In this document: positions 15,313 through 22,595 of the stretch, one piece after another
How positions within the stretch are numbered: position 1 is the stretch's first letter
How the letters are laid out: each line of letters begins with the position of its first letter
Source: an uncultured Anaerolineae bacterium
GTDB taxonomy: Bacteria; Chloroflexota; Anaerolineae; JACRMK01
Direction of reading: 5' to 3'
Length of the DNA: 61,108 bases
Assembly (NCBI GenBank): GCA_964509505.1
Contig: CAZDYP010000001.1
Span: 1 to 61,108, forward strand
Made by a program: the position numbers and the translations under genes
The notes under the pieces: model-generated
Told to the model about the DNA's origin: nothing
What the model saw: only the letters and a program-made list of their open reading frames with translations
Database searches by the model: none

Positions 15313-15347
15313 TGATGACTGAACACTGAACACTGATTACTGAACAC
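15313..15347. repeat. heptamer run (TGAACAC words) at the LAL-2 5' end / divergent promoter region
   Basis: TGATGAC TGAACAC TGAACAC TGATTAC TGAACAC. Confidence 0.7.
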
Positions 15348-15403
15348 GGCTTGTATGATAGTCGTTTAGGCATGGCGCGTCAAGACATTGTATAATCGTC
15401 GCC

Positions 15404-15994
15404 ATGATTTCACGATTGCGCGGTAAAACGATTGCGAAGGGCAGCGACCATTTGATGGTGGATGTGAACGGCATCGGCTTGAAGGTGCGCGCGCCGACGC
15501 CGTTGCTCGATACGGTGGCGACGCTCGGCAAAGAGGTGAACCTGTACACGCATCTGCGCCTCGCGGAGAATGGGCGCGAGATCGAAGCGATGTTGTTTGG
15601 CTTTGGTTCGCCCGAAGACTTGGCGCTGTTCGAGTTGTTGCTCACTGTATCGGGCGTGGGGCCCAAGGTGGCGCTGAGTGTGTTGTCGGCGGCGTCGGCG
15701 GATGCGGTGCGTGCGGCGATCATGCAGGGCAATGCGCAAGTGCTCACGCAATATCAAGGCATCGGCAAGAAGACTGCGGAGCGTATCGTCGTCGAATTGA
15801 AGAGCAAGATCAAGAGCATGGGCGCGGATGAGCTGATTGCCGTGTCTGCTACTGATAACGAAGCGGTTGCCGCCTTGACTGCGCTTGGTTACAGTGTGAT
15901 GGAGGCGCAGCGCGCATTGGCGTCGGTGGGGGATGAAGCGCAAACGACAGAGGACAAAGTGTTAGCGGCGTTGCGGTATTTGGGTGGGGCATAA
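15404..15994 (+). CDS. ruvA: Holliday junction DNA helicase subunit RuvA
   Basis: 196 aa; MISRLRGK..DHLMVDVNGIGLKV N-terminus, HhH region LLTVSGVGPKVAL, GIGKKTAERIV, C-terminal domain III. Confidence 0.9.
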   Translation: MISRLRGKTIAKGSDHLMVDVNGIGLKVRAPTPLLDTVATLGKEVNLYTHLRLAENGREIEAMLFGFGSPEDLALFELLLTVSGVGPKVALSVLSAASADAVRAAIMQGNAQVLTQYQGIGKKTAERIVVELKSKIKSMGADELIAVSATDNEAVAALTALGYSVMEAQRALASVGDEAQTTEDKVLAALRYLGGA

Positions 15995-15996
15995 AG

Positions 15997-16027
15997 AAGT
16001 AATCAGTAAGCAGTAGTCAGTCGCCAG
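15997..16027. repeat. heptamer run (CAGTARN words) just after the ruvA stop
   Basis: AAGTAAT CAGTAAG CAGTAGT CAGTCGC CAG. Confidence 0.65.
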
Positions 16028-16031
16028 ACAA

Positions 16032-16075
16032 AACGCAGCAACCTCGAAGTATGGGGGTTGCTGCGTTATGTTTTC
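16032..16075 (+). terminator. rho-independent terminator of ruvA
   Basis: AACGCAGCAACC / GGTTGCTGCGTT perfect 12-bp stem, 12-nt loop, then ATGTTTTC. Confidence 0.65.
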
Positions 16076-16100
16076 AATCTTCAACTTTCAACCTTAGACA

Positions 16101-16354
16101 TTACGCAGTTCAACTGCGAAGAGGCGAAGGGCGCGAAGAAAAGCAAAAGAGTTCTTAGAAGCTGTTTTAAAAGCCCTTGCGAATCGAATTCGCGGCTACT
16201 CATCACAAAGTCCGCCTACGCGGACTACAAAAAATCAGCGTAGGCTGATTTCGCCATGCGTTGCAGCGATTTGTAATCGCCCGCCCGCGCCACTTTTAAA
16301 ACAATCTCTAAGCGGTCTTCGCCTCTTCGCGGTGAAACGGGTTCAACGGCGTAA
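16101..16354. mobile_element. 254-nt nested-palindrome, non-coding MITE-like element
   Basis: Termini TTACGCAGTTCAACTGCGAAGAGGCGAAG / CTTCGCCTCTTCGCGG..GTTCAACGGCGTAA. Inner inverted pair CTTAGAAGCTGTTTTAAAAG / CTTTTAAAACAATCTCTAAG. Three small tetraloop hairpins (AGTCCGC-CTAC-GCGGACT, ATCAGC-GTAG-GCTGAT, GCGATT-TGTA-ATCGC). CTTCAACTTTCA direct repeats at 16079-16090 and 16363-16374. Confidence 0.5.
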
Positions 16355-16379
16355 CTCCTAACCTTCAACTTTCATAGCT

Positions 16380-18656
16380 TCATGGCAACCATGCCACCGG
16401 TCCCACTCCCTCCGTGTTGATTTGTTTCGTCGCGCCCGTTGTGATGTCCATGATCCACACGCCCGCTGGTACAGGCGGTTGTGATTGATCGTTGTTCGGA
16501 TAGGTGAGGTAAGTGTATGCGATGCGTTTGCCTTCGGGGGACCACGCATAGCTCGTGATGGTTTGCCCCACATCAGTTTGTTGGCGTGGAATTCTGCCAA
16601 GTGTGCGAAGCGGCGTGCCGCTCACACCGTCTCTGCCAACGGCGCTGCGGCGGTAGATGTTGATGGTTTCCCAACCGCTCAAACCGCCGCTGCCCAATGC
16701 GATGTGCGCGCCATCGGGACTGTACGAGAAACCGCGCGCGCGGTCATCGAAATAGAGCGCGATGAATTTGCCGAAGCCGCTGTTGAATGAGTCCGCTGTC
16801 ACGTAAGCGCCATGTCCATTGGCCACGCGCACGGTCAGCTCGCGTCCATCAGGCGACCATTGCGGCGAGTCGAGCAAACGCGCTTGCGCCATGCTCCATT
16901 CCATCGGCGTGAACTTGGGTGAGCTCGTGTTGGTGGAGAGTGGCGTCCACACATTGAGCCCTTGCGCGTTCATCAGGCGAATGGCGTTCTGGCGATACGA
17001 GAGCCAATCGCTGCCGCTGCCCGTTGGATTCGATGCGAAGGCGATACGCGCGCGGTTACCGCCATCGGGCGACCAGGCCGGATCATAACCGTCGTTCAAC
17101 TTGCGTGCGCCGGTGCCGTCGGCGTTCATCGTCCACACTTCGCCTTTGAGTTTGAAACGCTTGTGACTGTCCCATTGCAGATTGCGCTCGAATACAATCA
17201 GTGTGCCGTCGGCGTTCCATTGCGGCGCGTTGCCGTCGCTCAATTTTTGTATGCCATTGCTGTTGCGTTGGATCGTCCAGATTTCACCATTCTTCACGAA
17301 CACGGCGCGCGTGCCGTCGCGCGTCCAATCCCATTGCGTCGCGTTGCCATCCGTCAGCAATGTCTCGTTGGCGGTGCGTAGGTCACGAATGTAGGTTGAG
17401 CCAAAGCGGGTGAACATCAGCCCATTCGCCAATGCAGGCGTGGGCAATGCTGTGGGTGAAGCAGGAACAGGTGTGGCTGTGGGTGTGGGTTTGGGTGTGG
17501 GCGATGGAATTGGTGTGGCAGTTGGTCTGGCTGTCGGCGAGGGAATAGGCGTCGGCGGGATGGGGGTGGCGGTTGGCGTCGGCGGCAGTTGAATAAAAAT
17601 TTGTTCCGCGAACAGTGCGTTGTTCGTCGTCAAACGACCTAGCGCCAAGAGGCGTTGGCTGTTTTGCAAATCGTCCACCATCGCGGCGCGCGTGTCGCTG
17701 AAGTCAATACTCGTCGTTGGACTGAGCGCGATGATGGTATCGTTGTCGAGCGTGAGGATGCGCGTGGTGCGGTTGACATTTTTGAGTATGCCGTGGCGGG
17801 CGAGATAGCTGTCAGGCGCGACGACGCTTGCCGAGTCGCTGGCGATGAAGGGGCGTCCGCCTTGATATTGCACCGTGCCAATCACGCGCACGGGTTTGCT
17901 GATGCTCGTCGGGTCGGTGGGCTTCAACGGCAGCTCTTGGCCGGGGAAGAAGCTCGCCGCAACCCAGATGACGCCGCCGCTGGCATCTTTGAGCGTGAAC
18001 ACGGTCTTTGCAGTGGGCGCAGCATCTTTCAATTCTTTGTCGTTGTTTGCGCCGCGATATTCGCCGACGATCATCACCTCACGCCCGACGTACCGCGCAG
18101 GGTCGAGGCGAATCATGCTGAGGTTAGGCGAGTGATAGTAAGGAATACCGGTCAGCAACGCAGCCCAACGCCAGGCGTTGTTGACGCGATTGAGATAAAG
18201 GTGCGCGTATTCTTCGCGTCCGTCGCCCGTTTGCCAACGCGCCATGATAACACGCTCGCCGAATTTTTGCGCCCAGGTTGGTTCATACACGGCGCGGTTC
18301 AAATCAAGCGTGATAGTCGCGCCTTGTCGTATGGAGCGTAACGCGGCGAGGGCATCGTCCACGTTACGGTATTGTGTGCCTTCCGAGCGGTAGCGTGCGC
18401 TGATCCACACAGGCGTCAACAAATTTTTGAGTGACGCTTCATCGCTTTTCTCAATGGCGTTTTGTAAGTCGCGTAAAAACGCCGCATAAGGTTCAAGCGT
18501 CGCAGCGGGCGTAAGGGCGATAGTGGTCGTTGGGAGCAGGGTCGCTAGAGGAGGAATGGGCAGTGGCGTTGCGGGAGAAATTTCGCAGGCGATGAGGAGA
18601 GAGAACAGCAGAAAGCAGAACGAGAGTTTGGACAAGCGGACAAAGATTTTTTTCAT
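16380..18656 (-). CDS. lipoprotein with P/T-rich linker and TolB-like (PD40/WD40-like) beta-propeller
   Basis: 758 aa; signal peptide with lipobox LLIAC; linker PPTPTATPIPPTPIPSPTARPTATPIPSPTPKPTPTATP; repeated WSPDG/WNADG/WTRDG propeller motifs. Confidence 0.75.
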   Translation of the reverse strand: MKKIFVRLSKLSFCFLLFSLLIACEISPATPLPIPPLATLLPTTTIALTPAATLEPYAAFLRDLQNAIEKSDEASLKNLLTPVWISARYRSEGTQYRNVDDALAALRSIRQGATITLDLNRAVYEPTWAQKFGERVIMARWQTGDGREEYAHLYLNRVNNAWRWAALLTGIPYYHSPNLSMIRLDPARYVGREVMIVGEYRGANNDKELKDAAPTAKTVFTLKDASGGVIWVAASFFPGQELPLKPTDPTSISKPVRVIGTVQYQGGRPFIASDSASVVAPDSYLARHGILKNVNRTTRILTLDNDTIIALSPTTSIDFSDTRAAMVDDLQNSQRLLALGRLTTNNALFAEQIFIQLPPTPTATPIPPTPIPSPTARPTATPIPSPTPKPTPTATPVPASPTALPTPALANGLMFTRFGSTYIRDLRTANETLLTDGNATQWDWTRDGTRAVFVKNGEIWTIQRNSNGIQKLSDGNAPQWNADGTLIVFERNLQWDSHKRFKLKGEVWTMNADGTGARKLNDGYDPAWSPDGGNRARIAFASNPTGSGSDWLSYRQNAIRLMNAQGLNVWTPLSTNTSSPKFTPMEWSMAQARLLDSPQWSPDGRELTVRVANGHGAYVTADSFNSGFGKFIALYFDDRARGFSYSPDGAHIALGSGGLSGWETINIYRRSAVGRDGVSGTPLRTLGRIPRQQTDVGQTITSYAWSPEGKRIAYTYLTYPNNDQSQPPVPAGVWIMDITTGATKQINTEGVGPVAWLP

Positions 18657-18770
18657 GACGGCTCCTGGTGCGCGCTCGCGTGCGCGTCATGAATAGTTTA
18701 GCGGGGAGTGCTAGGCGTGTCAATGGCATCACCCTTCAGGTTTCGCGTTTCACGTGGCGCGGTTTATGTG

Positions 18771-20177
18771 TCATGGCTTCTCCTTCAGCCACACCGTAAA
18801 CGTGCTGCCCTTGCCCAGTTCGCTCTCAACCTCGATGCGACCGCCGTGCGCTTGCGCGATCCATTGAGCGATGGACAAGCCCAGTCCCGTGCCGCCTTGC
18901 GCGCGTGTGCGCGCTTTGTCCACACGATAGAAGCGCTCGAAGATGTGCGGCACATCCTCCGAGGGGATGCCGAGCCCCGTGTCGCTTACGCTAAAGCCGA
19001 CCTCGCCGCTTTGTTTACGGATTGCCAATTGAATCTCGCCGCTCGGCGTGTATTTAATCGCGTTCTCGACTAGATTCAACAGCAATTGTTTCAAGCGATC
19101 AGGATCGCCCTCGACGAGGGCTTGGTCTTCGTGTCCGAGCGTCACCCTCAAATCGCCGTTGCGTCCAGTCGTCATTACACGCGCTTGGCGATACACTTCG
19201 AGCATCAACGTATCGAGCTCAACCGTTTCCTTCTTTAACATGGTCGCGCCTGCGTCGCTTTGCGCCAACAACAACAAATCAGAGATCAGGCGCGTCATAC
19301 GTTGCGCTTCTTGCTCGATAGCGTCATACACAGCTTGCGCATCGGGGGGAGCGAGCTTTTGCAACAGGGCAAGCTGGCCGCGGATGATAGTCAAGGGCGT
19401 GCGCAGCTCGTGCGAGAGGTCAGCGATGAAGCGCTGTTGGGCGCGGAACAAATTCTCCAAGCGCCCCAACATTTCGTTAAAGGTGATGGCGAGACGATCT
19501 ACTTCATCGCCTTTGTACGTTTCGGGAACGCGTTGGGCGAGGTCGGGCGTGCGGGCGATGGCTCGCGCCGTGCGGGTGATGCGGTCAATCGGCTTGAGCG
19601 CGGAGCCTGCCAGCGCGTAGCCAATCACGGCGACGATGGCGATGGCGGAGAGTGAGCCAACGATTAACAGTAATGCTAGACGATTGAGGGTCAGCTCGTT
19701 GCGCCGCAGCGAGCTGGCAATCTGGATGACGCCGACGACATTTTGATCAATCGTCAAAGGCGCGGTCAACAGGCGGAAGCGCTCACGCTCTTCCCAGAGG
19801 AATGTCGAATAAGTAAACTGTTTGTTGCGGGCGGCGGCGAACAACGTGGCATCGCGCGGTAGCGATGCGTTGCCGAGGTTTTCCGAATGTGCTAACGCAT
19901 TGCCATCGGTGGAGGAAATTTGTACGAGTAAATCTGTCGTGGAGATGACATCGCGCGGAATGATGAGCGGCGCGCGTCCGAAAAAGCGTTGGCGAAATGA
20001 AGTGAGCAACGCCGTTTGCACTTGGTCGCGTTGCGCGTCGAGCTCGGCGTCGAGCTCATTACGCAAATTGAACGCGACAGCCCCATACAACAGCAAGCTG
20101 AAAATCGTGACGACGATGGCGAGCAGCCCACTATACCAAAGGGTAAGGCGAAGGCGGATAGACATAAAACGCGTCAT
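18771..20177 (-). CDS. sensor histidine kinase (2 TM, HAMP, HisKA, HATPase_c)
   Basis: 468 aa; H-box SHELRTPLT, N-box LLNLVENAIKYT, G-boxes DTGLGI and GGTGLGLSIA. Confidence 0.9.
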   Translation of the reverse strand: MTRFMSIRLRLTLWYSGLLAIVVTIFSLLLYGAVAFNLRNELDAELDAQRDQVQTALLTSFRQRFFGRAPLIIPRDVISTTDLLVQISSTDGNALAHSENLGNASLPRDATLFAAARNKQFTYSTFLWEERERFRLLTAPLTIDQNVVGVIQIASSLRRNELTLNRLALLLIVGSLSAIAIVAVIGYALAGSALKPIDRITRTARAIARTPDLAQRVPETYKGDEVDRLAITFNEMLGRLENLFRAQQRFIADLSHELRTPLTIIRGQLALLQKLAPPDAQAVYDAIEQEAQRMTRLISDLLLLAQSDAGATMLKKETVELDTLMLEVYRQARVMTTGRNGDLRVTLGHEDQALVEGDPDRLKQLLLNLVENAIKYTPSGEIQLAIRKQSGEVGFSVSDTGLGIPSEDVPHIFERFYRVDKARTRAQGGTGLGLSIAQWIAQAHGGRIEVESELGKGSTFTVWLKEKP

Positions 20178-20179
20178 CT

Positions 20180-20238
20180 GTCATGTGTCAAGTGTCTTGC
20201 GCCTCGCTTGCCGTGCCACATGACACTTGACACATGGC
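20180..20238. repeat. heptamer-based hairpin between response-regulator stop and kinase start
   Basis: GTCATGTGTCAAGTGTC (20180-20196) pairs with GACACTTGACACATGGC (20222-20238), 1 mismatch, 25-nt loop. Confidence 0.7.
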
Positions 20239-20242
20239 ACGG

Positions 20243-20917
20243 TCATTCTTCGCGGAGAGCATAGCCCGCGCCGCGCACGGTTTGGATGAGACGGGGTTCG
20301 CTGCCCGCTTCCAGTTTGTTGCGTAGATAGCGGATATAGACCTCGATGATGTTCGATTCGCCGCCGAAATCGTAATCCCAGATGCGCTCGTAAATGAGGT
20401 CGCGCGTCAGCACCTGACGCGGATGCAGCATGAACAATTCGAGCATGGCGAACTCTTTGTTGGTCAGCTCGATTTTGCGTTGACCCCGGTTCACTTCGCG
20501 CGTGCTTTGATCGAGCGTCAAGTCGGCGTACCGCAGCACCGTTTGTTCGGTGGGTTTACGGCGGCGCAATAAGGCGCGAATGCGCGCGTACAATTCATTG
20601 AAGGCGAACGGCTTCGTGAGATAATCGTCGGCGCCTGCGTCCAAGCCGTGCACTTTGTCGCTGACTTGATCGCGCGCCGTCAGCATTAGAATCGCCACGT
20701 CGCCTGCCGAGCGCAATCGCCGACAGACCTCGAAGCCGTCCAAGCCGGGTAGCATCACATCGAGGATGACGAGCGCGGGCGGATAATCGCGGGCTCTGGC
20801 AAGACCGTCCTCGCCATTGGCGGCGGTATCCACAGTGTAGCCCTCGTAGATTAAGCCACGCTTAATCACGTCTAAAATTTTGGGTTCGTCTTCGACGATG
20901 AGGATACGTTCGCTCAT
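20243..20917 (-). CDS. OmpR/PhoB-family response regulator
   Basis: 224 aa; receiver [20 protein letters not shown], winged-helix C-terminus [19 protein letters not shown]. Confidence 0.9.
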   Translation of the reverse strand: MSERILIVEDEPKILDVIKRGLIYEGYTVDTAANGEDGLARARDYPPALVILDVMLPGLDGFEVCRRLRSAGDVAILMLTARDQVSDKVHGLDAGADDYLTKPFAFNELYARIRALLRRRKPTEQTVLRYADLTLDQSTREVNRGQRKIELTNKEFAMLELFMLHPRQVLTRDLIYERIWDYDFGGESNIIEVYIRYLRNKLEAGSEPRLIQTVRGAGYALREE

Positions 20918-20983
20918 AGTTTGTGCATCCCTTTGTCAGTCAACATACACGCTTCTTCTTGAGTAACCCGATGGGGGGATGCG

Positions 20984-21649
20984 TCACTGCCCCAAAACGA
21001 TTTGGCGCACATAAGACTCACTGCGTATCGAAGTCGCAATCACTAATTCGTCGTTGGCCTCGAATACCGTGTCGGCTGGCGGCACGCGCCCTTCGCCTTT
21101 GCGAATCAACAAAGCGACGACGGCATCCTGCGGCAAATGGAGGTCGCGCAACTTTTTGCCGATGATGGGCGACTTGGTCGGCACAGTGATTTCGACGATT
21201 TCGACGTTGGTGCCGCGCATCGCTGCGATGTGAACTAACGAGGTCTTGGGCAACATCTCCTCAATTTTGGTGAGGATGGTGTCGGTGGTGCTGACCGTCG
21301 CATCCACGCTCAATTGCTTGAAAATTTTTTCGTTCTTCGGGTTGTTGATGCGCGCAATGGTGCGCGGCACTTTGAAGCGTGTCTTGGCGAGTTGGCACGC
21401 GATGAGGTTGATTTCGTCGTCACCGGTTGCGGCGACGACGACATCCGCGCGTGCGACGCCAGCCTCTTCTAGCACCGACAGCTCGCAGCCATCGCCGCGC
21501 AGCGTAACCGCGCCGAGGTCTTCGTCAATGATGCGGGCGCGTTCGGCGTCGCATTCTAGCACGGCAACCTCATGCCCGCTCTCGACCAGCTCTTTCGCCA
21601 AGTAATAGCCGACCTTGCCGCCGCCAATGATTACGGCATACATAGTCAC
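20984..21649 (-). CDS. TrkA-family RCK protein (TrkA-N + TrkA-C)
   Basis: 221 aa; MYAVIIGGGKVGYYLAKEL Rossmann motif; C-terminal TrkA-C-like region. Confidence 0.85.
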   Translation of the reverse strand: MTMYAVIIGGGKVGYYLAKELVESGHEVAVLECDAERARIIDEDLGAVTLRGDGCELSVLEEAGVARADVVVAATGDDEINLIACQLAKTRFKVPRTIARINNPKNEKIFKQLSVDATVSTTDTILTKIEEMLPKTSLVHIAAMRGTNVEIVEITVPTKSPIIGKKLRDLHLPQDAVVALLIRKGEGRVPPADTVFEANDELVIATSIRSESYVRQIVLGQ

Positions 21650-21716
21650 ATCCTGAATGAATAATTGAGCGACAACAGAAGACCAACGATGGAGAATGAT
21701 TCCCGTCGCCTGTTCA

Positions 21717-22109
21717 CTATTGCACCGACTTCATAATGTCCTTTGCTGCCAGCAGCGTCGGGCAGACGACTTCGATGAGTCCTTGCTCATGGAAAACTTG
21801 CCCGCGCCCATCGTCGCGCACGCGCGCAATGCAACGCTTGACGTTGAAGACAACTTTGGCGACTTGCGCCGCCATCAGGTTGGTGTTGTCGTCGTTGGTG
21901 GCGGCGATGAACAGGGCGGCTTTGTCCGCGCCAGCTTTACGCATGGCGTCTTGGTCAATGCCGATGCCGAGCACAGCTTCACATCCCACAGGGAGGCGGT
22001 TAAATGCTTCGGGGCGGCGGTCAATGATCGTGATGTGATGGTTTTGCTGTTTCAAGAGGCGTGCGCACTGCAAGCCAAAGCGACTCAAGCCGACAATCAC
22101 GACGTTCAT
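21717..22109 (-). CDS. TrkA-N-only RCK protein
   Basis: 130 aa; MNVVIVGLSRFGLQCARLL Rossmann motif; ATGA overlap with the upstream USP stop. Confidence 0.8.
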   Translation of the reverse strand: MNVVIVGLSRFGLQCARLLKQQNHHITIIDRRPEAFNRLPVGCEAVLGIGIDQDAMRKAGADKAALFIAATNDDNTNLMAAQVAKVVFNVKRCIARVRDDGRGQVFHEQGLIEVVCPTLLAAKDIMKSVQ

Positions 22110-22555
22110 GTGTGAGACTCCGTGTTATGCTCGAAAGGTTCACGCACCAACCAGACACGACAGGTGGCGTGATTGAGAATGTAGTTCGAATTTTTGCTGA
22201 GGTAGAATGTGCCGAAGCGCGTGCGATAGGGCAAGCCCATGATGAGGAGGTCCACGTTGCGGCGTGTGGCTTCGTCCACCACGGCGACGCCCGCGACGCG
22301 CGCTTGCAACAATTCGGCGTGAACTTCAAAACCGAAATGGTGTGCTTGTTGTTCGGCGTGTTCTAACACACGCTCGCCGTGCATCGTTTTGTCTGGCAAT
22401 TCGGCGTCGAGCGGCAGCGCGCGCGGCACCTCGACGACATGCATGACCGTCACGCGGCTCTTATTTTTCTTGGCGATGAGGCCCGCGAGCTGCAACGCTT
22501 CATCGTCGCACTGCCCGCCATTAATGGGAACTAAAATGTGCGAAATTTTTTCCAT
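22106..22555 (-). CDS. universal stress protein (UspA family)
   Basis: Track ORF extends to 22720 but overlaps the permease. ATG at 22555 gives MEKISHILVPINGG.., a typical USP N-terminus; C-terminal GSVTEHVLNHATCRV-like motif (YILNHATCRVWLV). Confidence 0.8.
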   Translation of the reverse strand: MEKISHILVPINGGQCDDEALQLAGLIAKKNKSRVTVMHVVEVPRALPLDAELPDKTMHGERVLEHAEQQAHHFGFEVHAELLQARVAGVAVVDEATRRNVDLLIMGLPYRTRFGTFYLSKNSNYILNHATCRVWLVREPFEHNTESHT

Positions 22556-22564
22556 AGGGATATT

Positions 22565-22591
22565 GTAGGGCAAATTGCCAATTTGCCCTAC
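22565..22591. repeat. perfect 12-bp hairpin GTAGGGCAAATT-GCC-AATTTGCCCTAC between permease stop and usp start
   Basis: Same word family as the 51-nt elements at 25595 and 25697. Confidence 0.75.
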
Positions 22592-22595
22592 ACCA

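Noticed and set aside
16058-16243. 61-aa ORF in the ruvA downstream spacer
   Set aside because: It lies entirely within the terminator and the 254-nt nested palindrome, starts at a TTG inside the terminator stem, and has no SD.
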